From an uncultured bacterium (GTDB lineage Bacteria; Patescibacteriota; Minisyncoccia; Phycocordibacterales; GWA1-40-21), in contig CAWCTC010000001.1 of the NCBI GenBank assembly GCA_963798465.1, positions 528,465 to 592,464 of the forward strand: DNA of 64,000 nt. Direction: 5' to 3'. The notes under the pieces are model-generated. The model had not been told where the DNA came from. It did not search any database and worked only from the letters and a program-made list of their open reading frames with translations. The position numbers were made by a program, and so were the translations under genes. This document shows positions 38,032-50,100 of the stretch, piece by piece. Numbering within the stretch: position 1 is the stretch's first letter; each line of letters begins with the position of its first letter.

Positions 38032-39157
38032 CTAGCAGATTATTCCTCCGCCGAGGCAAATTTCCCCGTCATATATGACAGCGGATTGTCCGGAAGCAAT
38101 TGCCTTTTGCGGTTTTGTAAAATAGAGTTCAAATTCCGTATTTTCTTTTGACTTTATGGACTTTTGACTTTTGACTAATATGCATTCTTCAAGCGGCTGG
38201 CGATATCTGATTCTTGCGACATATTTTTTCGATAAATCCGGCATTTCTCCCAAAGTCCAATTCACTTTTTCCAGCTTTGCGATTTTTGATTCGCTTTCAG
38301 GTACTTTAGAAAAATTCTGCGAAACTGTAATCGTATTTTCTTTTATATTTTTTCCGATTATATAATATGGCGAATCGTTCGGTGTTTTTTCCGTGATTTT
38401 AAAACCATGCCTTTGCCCGACGGTCAAATAAAAAGCTCCGTCGTGTTCGCCGATTATTTCGCCTTTTTCATTCAAAACATTTCCTTTTTTTTCTTCAATA
38501 TAATTTTTGAGGAAATCTTTAATATCTATTTTCCCGATGAAGCAAAGTCCTTGGCTGTCTTTTTTTACAGCCGTGCTCAAACCATATTTTTTTGCCAAGC
38601 TTTCTGACTTCCGGCTTTTCAATTTCTCCAATCGGAAAAAGAATTTTTGAAAGCTGTTTCTGCGTTAGTGTCCAGAGAAAATATGTTTGATCTTTATTTT
38701 TGTCTTCACCGGCAAGCAATTTATACTTACTTAGAGGCCTTGCCTCTAAGTTACGAGCATAATGTCCCGTCGCAACAAAGTCAGCTCCTTGTTTCATCGC
38801 CCAATCAAAAAATCCTCCAAACTTTACATATTTATTGCACATAACGTCTGGATTCGGCGTCTTGCCTTTTTTATATTCTTCAATCATATAATCCACGACT
38901 TCTTTTTTATATTCAGCTTCAAGGTTTAAAGTTATGAAAGGAATATTTAATTTTGCGCAAACTCGCATCGCATCAAGTCTGTCGGCTCGCCAAGTGCACT
39001 CAAAGAATTCCGGTTGCCATACTTTTATAAAAACTCCAGTGACATCATAACCTTGTTCTTTAAGCAACGCAGCAGAAACAGAGCTATCAACTCCGCCAGA
39101 CATTCCGACATATGCTCTTGTCCTGCGTGAATTTTCACTTGGTTTTAAATTTAACAT
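38032..39157 (-). pseudogene. mnmA: tRNA 2-thiouridine synthase MnmA, frame broken by one extra base
   Basis: ORFs 38519..39157 (PP-loop VGMSGGVDSSVSA, ..DQTYFLW..) and 38032..38631 (..DSQGLCFIG.., ..ASGQSAVIYDGEICLGGGII) join if one G is removed (AAG CTT [G]GCA AAA). The span is 1126 nt. Confidence 0.88.
38730..38750. repeat. 21-nt GC-rich perfect palindrome inside the mnmA coding sequence
   Basis: CTTAGAGGC-CTT-GCCTCTAAG, read in frame as ..NLEARPLS... The same 21-mer occurs in ychF. Confidence 0.85.
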
Positions 39158-39230
39158 AAGCTTTGATTTTTATTAGACATATTCACATTAAAATACAATA
39201 TCAATTCTGTAAAAATTCTTTGCATGGTTT

Positions 39231-39776
39231 TTATTTATTTTCTTTATCATGTTTCAAAACCATTTCCATTTCAGGAATAATTGCACCACTTATTGGCATC
39301 CTCGTTGATTCATCACTAAATCTTTTTCCAGTATCAACAAAACCTAATTTTTTGTAAAAATTTTCAGCTTGTTTATTATATGTTGCAAGCTGAACTATTG
39401 TATCTTTATTTTTATCCAAAAAAACTTTTGCTCTACTCCAAAACATTGTGCCGATGCCTTTTCCTTGATATTCCGGCAATATGTATATGGCTTGAAGCTG
39501 ATTAAATTTTTCTTTTTTTATAAATCTAATCATTCCAATAACTAAATCACCATCTTTTGCAATTAAATATAATTCATTCTCTGGAATATTTGCATACCTT
39601 TCAGCTCTCTTTTTCATATTCTCTTCAGAATTTCTGTCTTTGTAGCGATCCTCGATATCTTCTATTGTTATACCAGCTTCCTTATTCGGATATGTTGCAA
39701 ACCATGTTTTGTAAAAAACTTCCTGGAGTCCTTGAACATCTTCTTTTGTCGGTTTTTGTATAGTAATCATTTCCAT
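39231..39776 (-). CDS. GNAT-family N-acetyltransferase
   Basis: 181 aa (..QLQAIYILPEYQGKGIGTMFWSRA.., ..NKQAENFYKKLGF..). Confidence 0.85.
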   Translation of the reverse strand: MEMITIQKPTKEDVQGLQEVFYKTWFATYPNKEAGITIEDIEDRYKDRNSEENMKKRAERYANIPENELYLIAKDGDLVIGMIRFIKKEKFNQLQAIYILPEYQGKGIGTMFWSRAKVFLDKNKDTIVQLATYNKQAENFYKKLGFVDTGKRFSDESTRMPISGAIIPEMEMVLKHDKENK

Positions 39777-39853
39777 AAATTATCACACAAAATTCGTTAA
39801 AACAACAATAAAAAAATCCCCGGACTCCGCATCCGAGGATTTAATAAAAAAAA

Positions 39854-40117
39854 TTATTTTCTTTTTATTTTTTTACCGAAAAGTTTTTCTTGTAGGCGAT
39901 CGACGACTACATCTCCATAAAGCCGCCTCATACGCATTATGGAAAATTTTTCGGCATTTATTTTTGAAAAGCCGAAAGACATTACAAACTTTGAAACAGT
40001 TGGAAATTATTTTTCTGGTGCCAAATCTTTCAATCCACGTCCTTTTTCCCCCATAGCTTTCACAAAAAATTTGATAGCCATCTTTTCCAAAACCTTTGTT
40101 TCCAGTTTTTCTTCCAT
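39854..40117 (-). CDS. Two short same-frame ORFs (36 aa and 42 aa) separated by TAA; possibly one ~87-codon gene with a nonsense codon
   Basis: AAAGGAGGTTTAAA-ATG at 40117 opens MEEKLETKVLEKMAIKFFVKAMGEKGRGLKDLAPEK*. The frame continues as ..MSFGFSKINAEKFSIMRMRRLYGDVVVDRLQEKLFGKKIKRK*. A terminator follows at 39810-39843. Confidence 0.35.
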
Positions 40118-40183
40118 TTTAAACCTCCTTTGTAATTTTCAATCCGTATTAAGAATGGCAGATTAGCCTGAGTCTGTCAATAA

Positions 40184-40981
40184 TTATTTTACTGCTTCAA
40201 GACTTATATCAAGACTTTTTGGAGAATGCGTCAGTGCGCCGACAGAAATATAAGTCGCACCAGCTTTTGCAAACTTTTTTATATTTTTCAAATTTACTCC
40301 GCCGGAAATTTCTGTTTCAATTCCTTTTGCGATTGTAACAGCTTTTTTTATTTCTTTAACATTCATATTATCAAGTAAAATTGAATCAGCACCCGCTTCC
40401 AAAGCTTCTTTCAATTCTTTCAGATTTTCTACTTCAACTTCAACTTCTTTGTTAAGTTTTTTTGTTCGCTTTACAGCTTCAGCAACACTGCCGGCAAAAG
40501 CAATATGATTATCTTTTATTAAAATACCATCATCAAGCCTCATTCTGTGATTTGTACCACCACCAATTTTTACCGCATATTTTTCAAGCACTCTCAAACC
40601 CGGAGTTGTTTTTCTTGTGTCTTTAATTTTTGTTTTTCCAGAAAGATTTACAAATTTTCTCGTGAGAGTCGCGATTCCACTAAGTCTTTGTAAAAAATTA
40701 AGAGCTACACGTTCTCCTGTCATAATAGCTCTCGCATTACCATCTATCTTTGCAATAATTTTACCTTTCTTCACAAAATCTCCGTCAGAAACTTCTTTAA
40801 TAAAATTAATATTCTTATCTAGATTTTCTAAAACTTCTTTCGCAATATCGAGTCCGGCGATCACTCCGTCTTCTTTGACAAGCAAAACAGCTTTCAATTT
40901 CTCATTTTTAGAAACAATAGAATTAGTCGTTATGTCCCCTTTTCCGATATCTTCCTTCAGTGCTTCATCTATTATTTTCAT
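40184..40981 (-). CDS. nadC: Nicotinate-nucleotide (quinolinate) pyrophosphorylase
   Basis: 265 aa (..TRKTTPGLRVLEKYAVKIGGGTNHRMRLDDGILIKDNH..). Confidence 0.92.
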   Translation of the reverse strand: MKIIDEALKEDIGKGDITTNSIVSKNEKLKAVLLVKEDGVIAGLDIAKEVLENLDKNINFIKEVSDGDFVKKGKIIAKIDGNARAIMTGERVALNFLQRLSGIATLTRKFVNLSGKTKIKDTRKTTPGLRVLEKYAVKIGGGTNHRMRLDDGILIKDNHIAFAGSVAEAVKRTKKLNKEVEVEVENLKELKEALEAGADSILLDNMNVKEIKKAVTIAKGIETEISGGVNLKNIKKFAKAGATYISVGALTHSPKSLDISLEAVK

Positions 40982-41023
40982 TTTGTTGTTGGAATAATAT
41001 TACTATAAATAACATGTCAATAA

Positions 41024-42172
41024 CTAGATTTTAAACTCGATTACATCTCCATCTTTAACAACGTATTCCTTTCCTTCTGTTCGGACCAAACCTTTTTCGC
41101 GAGCTGAGCCATAAGAGCCTGAAGCTAAAAGCTTGTCCCATTCAATCACTTCTGCACGAACAAATTTGGCTTCGAAGTCACCGTGAATTGCGGTTCCTGC
41201 TTTTGGTGCGGTCCAACCTTTTTTAATTGTCCATGCCCGAGTTTCATCTTCTCCGGTTGTAAAATATGTAATGAGTCCGAGTAAATTGTATCCAGCTTTT
41301 ATCAAGTCGTTTATTCCATCCTCACTTAGAGGCCTTGCCTCTAAGTTTTGAGAGGCAAGGCCTCTAAGTAAATCTTCTCCGACAAGTGCTTGTCTCATCT
41401 CATCTTTTTCTTTACCTTCAAAATCTTTAAGTTCTTGTTCAATACCGGCATCAACAACAACGTATTGCGATTTTGATTCTTTGAAAAAGTTCATTAACTT
41501 TTCCCATCTAGCATCTTTGAGTTCATCGAGATTTTTTCCGCCGGCTTTTTTATTTAAAATATAAAGAATAGGCTTCATCGTGATCAGACAAAGCTTGTTT
41601 ATTTCAACGATTTCTTTTTCATCAAGCGAAACTGTGCTTGAAAGCTGTCCGGCTTCGAGAGCAACTTTTATTTTTTCTGCAGCAGCATTTTCTATTATTG
41701 CAGTCTTGGTTCCCTTTTTAATTTCACTTCCCAAACTTGATAATCTTTTTGTGACAGTCTGAAGATCAGCAAGAATCAATTCAAGATTTATTGTTTCAAT
41801 ATCTGAAAGCGGTTCAACTTTATTTGAAACGTGAATTATATTTTCATCATCAAAAATTCTTACGACTTCGGCAATCGCATCTGTTTCTCTGATATTCGTA
41901 AGAAATTTATTTCCCAAACCTTCGCCTGTAGACGCACCTTTTACAAGCCCGGCAATATCTACAAACTCAACTGCCGCTGGAATCGTTTTCGCAGACTTTG
42001 AAAATTCTGCGAGCTTGAAAATTCTTTCATCAGGAACAGCAACAACGCCGACAGAAGGATCAATCGTCGCGAAAGGATAATTAGCCACGAGAACACTTTT
42101 TCTCGTGAGTGCATTGAATAAGGTTGATTTGCCTACGTTCGGCAATCCGACAATTCCGATTGATAAACTCAT
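41024..42172 (-). CDS. ychF: Ribosome-binding ATPase YchF/OLA1 with a ~16-aa palindrome-encoded insertion
   Basis: MSLSIGIVGLPNVGKSTLFNALT.., a C-terminal TGS-like block, and the extra segment LLRGLASQNLEARPLS. Confidence 0.93.
   Translation of the reverse strand: MSLSIGIVGLPNVGKSTLFNALTRKSVLVANYPFATIDPSVGVVAVPDERIFKLAEFSKSAKTIPAAVEFVDIAGLVKGASTGEGLGNKFLTNIRETDAIAEVVRIFDDENIIHVSNKVEPLSDIETINLELILADLQTVTKRLSSLGSEIKKGTKTAIIENAAAEKIKVALEAGQLSSTVSLDEKEIVEINKLCLITMKPILYILNKKAGGKNLDELKDARWEKLMNFFKESKSQYVVVDAGIEQELKDFEGKEKDEMRQALVGEDLLRGLASQNLEARPLSEDGINDLIKAGYNLLGLITYFTTGEDETRAWTIKKGWTAPKAGTAIHGDFEAKFVRAEVIEWDKLLASGSYGSAREKGLVRTEGKEYVVKDGDVIEFKI
41325..41368. repeat. Double copy of the GC-rich palindrome inside the ychF coding sequence
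   Basis: CTTAGAGGCCTTGCCTCT-AAGTTTTG-AGAGGCAAGGCCTCTAAG. The first 21 nt are identical to 38730-38750. Confidence 0.85.
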
Positions 42173-42219
42173 GAGTGAACTTTAGCAGAAAATATCTTAA
42201 AGATAAAGCTTTTAAAAAA

Positions 42220-44049
42220 TTACATGAATCCGCTGACCTGGAGATTCCACAAATTTTTATAAAGTCCGCTGTCTTTGTTGGAAAGTTCATCATGAGTTCC
42301 GTCTTCGACAATTTTTCCGCCTTCCATGGAGATTATGCGATCCATTTTTCTAACAGTTGAAAGTCTGTGAGCGATAACAATAGTGGTGCAATTTTTCATG
42401 AGATTTTCCAACGCATCCTGGATCAAAGATTCTGAATATGAATCCAAACTTGAAGTCGCTTCATCAAAAATAAGTATTGGAGCTTTTTTTAATATTGCTC
42501 TGGCTATCGCAACTCGCTGTCGTTCTCCGCCGGAAAGTTTGATTCCCCTTTCGCCGACAAAAGTCTCATATTTCAAAGGTAGATTTTCTATAAACTCATC
42601 ACAGTGTGCCAAATGTGCAGCCTCTTTTACTTCTTCATCTGTAACATCACGACAACCATAGCGAATATTTTCCATCAAAGTTCGATGAAAAAGAACCGGA
42701 TCTTGCGGAACAAAACTTATATTTTCACGCAAACTATCTTGATTCACAGTGCTTATATCCTGGCCATCAATACTTATGGAACCGCCAGCTAAATTATAAA
42801 GTCTCATTATCAATCGGACCAAAGTAGTTTTTCCAGCTCCAGAATGTCCAACCACAGCGACTTTTTCTCCCGGCTTGATTGTGAGATTCAGATTGTCCAG
42901 CACTTTGTTATTATTGAAACCGAAAGAAACATTTTTAAAAACTATTTCTCCTTTTGTAACGACAAGATTTTTTGCGTTCGAAATATCTTCAACTTCATGT
43001 TTTGTCAAAAGTATTTCAACCATTTCTTTCGAGTCGGCAAGACTTTGATAAAAATTCCTGATAATCCTATTCAAGCCCCAAAGTTGTTGAGCTAAACCGA
43101 CAACATAAACCTGACATAAAACAAAAGTTCCGATGCTTATAGCACCGACTTTCCAATATTTGATTGCAAAATAAAATACAAAAAATTCTACAAGAGATAT
43201 CAAAAACATTTGTATTATGTCGATGATATTTCCCAGACGCCAAGAAAATAAAGTTTTCTTTGCTTGCTCATTGGAAACATTTTTAAAACCTTTCGATTCA
43301 AATTCATGTCCGGTGAAAAAAGATATAGCGTTGTTATTCGTTATTGAATCGGATAAATAACCTGTTGTTATTGAATCTGCTGCCGATGCGGCTTTATCAT
43401 ATTTTAATTTCCAGGTGGAAAAAATAATGCTGAATATTGTAAATACAGCAACCCAAACAGCGATAATTATTGAAAATGACGGAACAATGAACCATGTAAC
43501 CCATATTGAACCTATGACAGCAACAAGTAAAGGCATCATGTTGTAAATTACACTGTCGGTCAAAACTTCAAAAGCACGGCTAAAGCGTCCGATTTTCTGT
43601 ACAAGACTTCCGCTGAAATTATTCGCAAAAAAAGAATGCGAATTTTTGATTACATAATCAAAAGAACTCTGTTTTAGCCAAGCCATCACAGTCGCTTGCA
43701 TTATATTATACATATACGTGGCGGATTGCCATAATATCTGGTTTAGAAAATGCAGGAGAAGAATATAAACAATTATGCTGACCAACATAGGAGCTGCGGT
43801 ATTAGGACTTATAGGCTTTCCGAGTATATCAAAAAAATTCTTGTAAAACAGCGGAACTATGACGCTGATTATTTGAGAAAGAAAAAACAAAAAGAAGGAA
43901 GAGAGAAACTGACCTTTCATCGGCCCGACTCCCTTCCAAAATTGTGCCAATATCTGGCCAACTGATACATCATTATTTGCAACTTTATTTTTCACAATTT
44001 TAGAAGTATACAACAAAAATCGAATAAAATAAATAATTGATTTAAACAA
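42220..44049 (-). CDS. ABC exporter, fused permease/ATPase
   Basis: 609 aa with a 6-TM domain, Walker A GHSGAGKTT, signature [14 protein letters not shown] and Walker B LIFDEATSSLD. Confidence 0.9.
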   Translation of the reverse strand: MFKSIIYFIRFLLYTSKIVKNKVANNDVSVGQILAQFWKGVGPMKGQFLSSFFLFFLSQIISVIVPLFYKNFFDILGKPISPNTAAPMLVSIIVYILLLHFLNQILWQSATYMYNIMQATVMAWLKQSSFDYVIKNSHSFFANNFSGSLVQKIGRFSRAFEVLTDSVIYNMMPLLVAVIGSIWVTWFIVPSFSIIIAVWVAVFTIFSIIFSTWKLKYDKAASAADSITTGYLSDSITNNNAISFFTGHEFESKGFKNVSNEQAKKTLFSWRLGNIIDIIQMFLISLVEFFVFYFAIKYWKVGAISIGTFVLCQVYVVGLAQQLWGLNRIIRNFYQSLADSKEMVEILLTKHEVEDISNAKNLVVTKGEIVFKNVSFGFNNNKVLDNLNLTIKPGEKVAVVGHSGAGKTTLVRLIMRLYNLAGGSISIDGQDISTVNQDSLRENISFVPQDPVLFHRTLMENIRYGCRDVTDEEVKEAAHLAHCDEFIENLPLKYETFVGERGIKLSGGERQRVAIARAILKKAPILIFDEATSSLDSYSESLIQDALENLMKNCTTIVIAHRLSTVRKMDRIISMEGGKIVEDGTHDELSNKDSGLYKNLWNLQVSGFM

Positions 44050-44104
44050 TTAATCTTTAATTTTTTACTAATATAATAACTGGATTTTCAATTAGTAATA
44101 CAAC

Positions 44105-44136
44105 AAAAAGGCGGGCCGTAAACGGCCCGCCTTTTT
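44105..44136. terminator. Rho-independent terminator after the giant surface-protein gene
   Basis: AAAAAGGCGGGCCG-TAAA-CGGCCCGCCTTTTT. Confidence 0.85.
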
Positions 44137-44172
44137 GCATTTCCCTGCTTAAGAAACTTTAAACTCTCAAAA

Positions 44173-47100
44173 TTATTTTGACATATTTCCTGTTGGAAGA
44201 TTTGTCGGAGCGCTTGGCGTTTTCGGACCACTCATCGGCGCTTTTGGAATATTTGGAGTCTTATTATTTTTTCTGTAGAAGAATATCAAACCTATCATAG
44301 CTATTAAGACAATTACTATCAAAGCTACCATCGGCTTGTTTGGAATATTTGAGAAACCTTCTGCAACGGCTGCGAACAATCCTGCATTATTAGTTGAAGT
44401 TGCAACTGATGATGTAGAATTTGTCGATGTCGCCAATGAAACTTGTTCATTGTTGCTTGTTGTAGCAGAAGAATTGAATTCTCCTACTCCTGCTGGAATC
44501 GTTATTCCTGTGTCTGGAGTTCCGGAAATTGCTTCAGATGTTCCTGTTGTATTTGCAATAGTTGTGGTTGATGCAACTGGTGCTGTTGAAACTATCGGAG
44601 TAACTGCATTTACGATAACTGTTCTTGTCGCAGATGAAGTGTTTCCGGCTTTATCAGATACTGAGTAAACTACTGAATATGTTCCTGGAACATTCATATT
44701 GATTGAACTTACAGCATTTATATTAGATGTAATATTTCCATCAACATTATCATTTGCTGTCGCTCCCGCATCTACATATGAATCGCCGACATTTATATTC
44801 GCTGGATTTGCTCCGAGAATTGTAATAACTGGCGCAACAATATCTTCTGAAGATGGTGTTGTATTTGTAAATGTAGGTGTTGGAATAACTCCTGATGCTG
44901 TTGAACCTCCGTTGACGGGATTAACTACTGGTGCTGCGACAACATTTACTGTTCTTATAGCTGTTGCAACATTTTCTGCTGCATCGCTTGAAGTGTAAGT
45001 TATTGTATACGTAGCAACTACGGTTGTATCAACCGTTCCTGAAGTTGTTACTGTTGTTGAGGTTGCATCAAACGCATCATAAGCTGTTGCGCCTGCATCT
45101 GTGTATAGATTTCCAACTGTAACATTTACTGGGTTTGAACCAAGAATCGTGATTACCGGTGGAACTGTATCTTCTGTAACAACATTATTTACTGTAACTG
45201 CATAATTTGCTGTGAATGATCCAACTGTTACCGTCAAAACTTCATTTGGATTTGCAACTGAAGAATCAAATCCTGAAATGTTTGAATCACTGATATCATT
45301 AATTGTTGAAGTTGAATTATCTGAATATGTTCCTGTAACTATCATTCCTGTGATATCAACCGCTGAATCACCAACTGTGTAAACTGTTTTGGTTGGCAGA
45401 GTTGTGATTGCGATTGATTTTAATGTTGGAGCTGGAATTGAACCTGAACTTACAGAAATCGTGTAGGTTGCTGTTTTTCCACTAACATTAATTGTAAGAG
45501 TTTCGCTTGAAGTTGCAGCCGAAGAATCAAATCCTGAAATGTTTGAATCACTGATATCATTAATTGTTGAAGTTGAATTATCTGAATATGTTCCTGTAAC
45601 TATCATTCCTGTGATATCAACCGCTGAATCACCAACTGTGTAAACTGTTTTGGTTGGCAGAGTTGTGATTGCGATGCTTGATAGTGTTGGAGCTGGAATT
45701 GGGTTTGAATTAACTGTAACTGTTACTGTAGCTGATATTGTTGTTGATCCAGCTGTTCCTGTAATAACAGTTGTTCCTGTTGCAGAAGCTGTAAACAAAC
45801 CGCTTGCATCTATATTACCAACTGAAGTATCTGAGCTAGACCAAGTTACTGAAGCATTTATTGGATTACCAAATTGATCAGAAGTTGAAGCTGTGAATTG
45901 TGTAGTTGAACCAACTGACAATGTTAATGGTGAAGCTGAAATAGTAATTGATGATACGACTGGAGTTGGATCTGAAAAATCTGAAACTGTAACCGTTACT
46001 GTAGCTGATATTGTTGTTGATCCAGCTGTTCCTGTAATAACAGTTGTTCCTGTTGCAGAAGCTGTAAACAAACCAGTTGAATCTATATTACCAACTGAAG
46101 TATCTGAACTAGACCAAGTTACTGCTGCAGAAATTGGATTATTATTTTGATCCAAAGTTATTGCTGTGAATTGTGTTGTTGAACCGACTGACAATGTTAA
46201 TGGTGAAGCTGAAATACTAATTGATGATACGACTGGAGTTGGAACACTTCCATTAATCACAACCGTATAAGTTGCTGTTTTTCCGCTGACTGTAATTGTC
46301 AAAACTTCATTTGGGTTTGCAACTGAAGAATTAAATCCAGAAATGTTTGAATCACTGATATCATTAATTGTTGAAGTTGAATTATCTGAATATGTTCCTG
46401 TAACTATCATTCCTGTGATATCAACCGCTGAATCACCAACTGTGTAAACTGTTTTGGTTGGCAGAGTTGTGATTGCGATTGATTTTAATGTTGGAGCTGG
46501 AATTGAACCTGAACTTACAGAAATCGTGTAGGTTGCTGTTTTTCCACTAACATTAATTGTAAGAGTTTCGCTTGAAGTTGCAGCCGAAGAATCAAATCCT
46601 GAAATGTTTGAATCACTGATATCATTAATTGTTGAAGTTGAATTATCTGAATATGTTCCTGTAACTACCAATCCTGTTATATCAAGTGAATCACCAACTG
46701 TGTAAACTGTTTTTGTTGCTGGTGAGGTGATTGCGATTGATTGCAATGTTGGTGCTGGAGGAATGGCTGCAAAATTTGCAGTGACTGTAATATCTCCGGC
46801 TACTGCTAGATCAGTTCTTGTTGCTGTAAGAACTCCGTCGCTCCAATTTGAGAATTGGAATCCAAAATTTGGAAATGCTGTTACTGATGTTCCATTTGCA
46901 CCAGAGGCAACAACTTGAGTTGAAGATCCTGTTATAGAACCGTTACCATCAGTTGTGTAAGTAAGTGTAAATGAAGCTGGAGTTCCAATTGAACTTATTT
47001 CTGTTGGAACTGTAATCGTTGTAGTTGTTCCATTTATTGTAATAGTACCGCTATCAATCATGCCGTTCAAAATTACTGCATTAGTTGTTGTTGCATTTAC

Positions 47101-50100
47101 AAGAACTGTTCCTGTAATTGTTGAACCTGAATCAACTACGTTTGTAAGTGTTGAACTTGCAACTGTTGAGCCCGTAAGATTTGAATTCGTTGAAGTTGAA
47201 TCTGATATGACAACATTATTTAATACTGAATTTACAAGATCACTGTTTGTTGAAGTTGAATTTGTAAGTTGTGAATTATCAAGTGTTGAGAGAGTTACAG
47301 AACTTGATGCAACATTTGAACCATTGCTAATAGTTGAAGTTGCGATAGTGCTCAATGTTATTGTTGAAGCATCTATCGTTGAACCAGAGACAGTTGAAGT
47401 CGCAACATAAGAATGATTTGAAACTGTTGTGTAGTAAATATTTGATGCATAAATTTGTGAGTTTGTACTTGTTGAATGAATAAACTTATACAAAGTTAAT
47501 GGATCAATTGTTGAATATGCAATATAACAATCTGTTGCAAAATAATTTTCTACATCAGAATTTAATATAGTACATCTTGCAATGTCATCATTTGATAAAG
47601 TTGAGTTTGTAGAAACAACTTGATCAAGGTTTGTATCATCAACGGTTGTGTTTGTAACTGTTGAATTATTTACATTCCAGAATGTTGAAAGTGTTGAGTT
47701 TGTGATTGTTGTTGTTCCTGTTGTTGTTGCAATTGGAGCAAGCAAAGATTCTGCAAGTGATGGTGAATACAAGCTGTAGAAGATTCCTCCCATAGTTGAA
47801 TTCGTTATCATAACTTGTGAATCAGAAACTATGAATGGTCCATAACTTGTAGTTGTTGAAATATTTCCAGCATTATCTATTGCTGCAACATGGAACCAAA
47901 GGGTGCCAAAACCAGAATCAGTAGTTGTTGTGGCAGTTGTTGTTGAAACTCCAACTGTTCCTGTAACTATTTGAGTTGCGTTTGAATTATCCCAAAGGTA
48001 TTCATATCCGGCCAATCCAGATTCTGAATCTATTGAATTCGTCCATGAAATATTTGCTGAAGCGATTATCGTACCTGTTGCACTTGCATTTGTAATGACA
48101 GGTGTTGTTGGTGCGGTCGTATCAGGAATTACTACATTTGAAACAATAACTGTTCTTGTCGCTGTTGCAACATTTCCTGCTGCATCGCTTGAAGTGTAAG
48201 TAATTGTATATGAACCGATAGTATTTACATTAACTGTTCCAGTTGCTGTAACTGCTGTCGATGTTCCATCGTATGCATCGAACGCTGTTGCGCCTGCATC
48301 AATGTAAAAATCACCGACAAATATATTAGTTGGATTTGCTCCAAGAATTGTTATTACTGGCGCAATCGTATCAGGAATAATTACATTTGAAACTGTAACA
48401 GTTGTTGAAGCTGAAAATGCTCCAGCTGTTCCAGTTATTGTAGTTGTTCCGGCAGAAAGTCCGATGAACAATCCGCTTGCATCTATCATACCGACAGATG
48501 AGTTTGAACTAATCCAAGTTGTTGTAGCTGGGAATGGATTTCCAAATTGATCTTTTGTTGTTGAAGTAAATGTTGTTGTTGCTCCAACTAATATATTTGG
48601 ATTTAATGGTGCAATGCTGATTGAAGCAAGTGCTGGTGGAATAACTGCATTGTTTACACTTATCGTATAAGTTGCAGTTGATGTTCCAACTGTGATTGTC
48701 AAAACTTCATTTGGGTTTGCAACTAAAGAATTGAATCCTGAAATGTTTGAAACATTTATTGGTTCTGTTGAAGTTGAACCGTCAGAATATGTTCCTGTGA
48801 CAACAAGTCCAGTGATATCAAGTGCGTCGCCGACTGTGTAAACTGTTTTGTTTGCTGGAGTCGTGATTGCAATTGATTGCAATGTTGGAGTTGAAGTTGC
48901 AGCAGATACTGTTACAAGAGTTGTAATCGGCATGAGTGAACCTGCTGATGCAGTTATCTCAGTTGTTCCAATTGAACTTGCTGTAAATATTCCGTTCGCA
49001 TCAATTGTTCCGACAGCATTATTTGTGTTTGACCAAGTTGTGGTCGTTGCAAATGGCTGACCAAATTGATCCAAAGTTGTTGAGACAAAAGTTATTTGTT
49101 CTCCAACTGTAACTGATGGATTTAGCGGTGAAATACTCATTGATGTAAGTACTGCTGGAACAGCGCTGACTACAACTTCTCTTGAAATTGTAGAAACATT
49201 TCCGGATAAATCTGAAGAAATGTAATTTACCGTATATATACCGACATTATTGGTATTAACAGTTCCAAATATGGTAACTGGTCTTACTCCGTCAACCAAG
49301 TCGGTTGAAGAAGCTCCCTGTTCTACATATGTATTTCCTACGGATAGATCAAGGACAGCTGGTCCTATCAAGGACATTGCTGGTCCTGTTGTGTCCTTTA
49401 TAACAACCAGAGACGTAGCGGTTGCAACATTTCCTGAAAGATCTGTTGCTGTCCAAATAACTGTTGAAGTTCCAAGTCCGAATCCTGCTGGATTATAGGT
49501 AATAATTGGGCTTGTACTTGAGTTATCTGTTGCTGTAGCCTGTACTAATACTGGCGTTGTTGTTGTTCCTGTTGCTTCAAATACTTGAGTAGCTGGAACT
49601 GAAATGACAGGAGCTATTGTATCTACAACATTTACTATTCTTGTAGCTGTTGCAACATTTCCTGCTAGATCTACTGAAGTATAATCTACTGCATATGTTC
49701 CCAAAACTGAAGTATTTACTGAACTTGATGCTGTAAATGTAAGTGGAACTCCTGAATTATCAGTAACACTGACACCTGCATCTGTATAAAGCGTATTTAT
49801 TTGAACATTGGCGGGATTTGATCCAAGTATTGTTATAACTGGAGCAATCTTATCAATATTTGAAATTGTAATTGTCCTTGATGAGAAGTTTCCTGCTACA
49901 TCCGTTGCTGTGAACGTAACTGTTCCGTTGTTTGAGAAATCAGCTGTTGATGTTGCACCTGAATTTATTATTGAAGCTATTGTAGAAGTTCCTACAATAT
50001 TTCCTTCATTTGTAGTTGCAGTAACTATGACATCTTGATTTGTTGATGAAGTTGCATATGGAAGCACTGTAATTATTGGTGCGACTTTATCAATGTTTGA

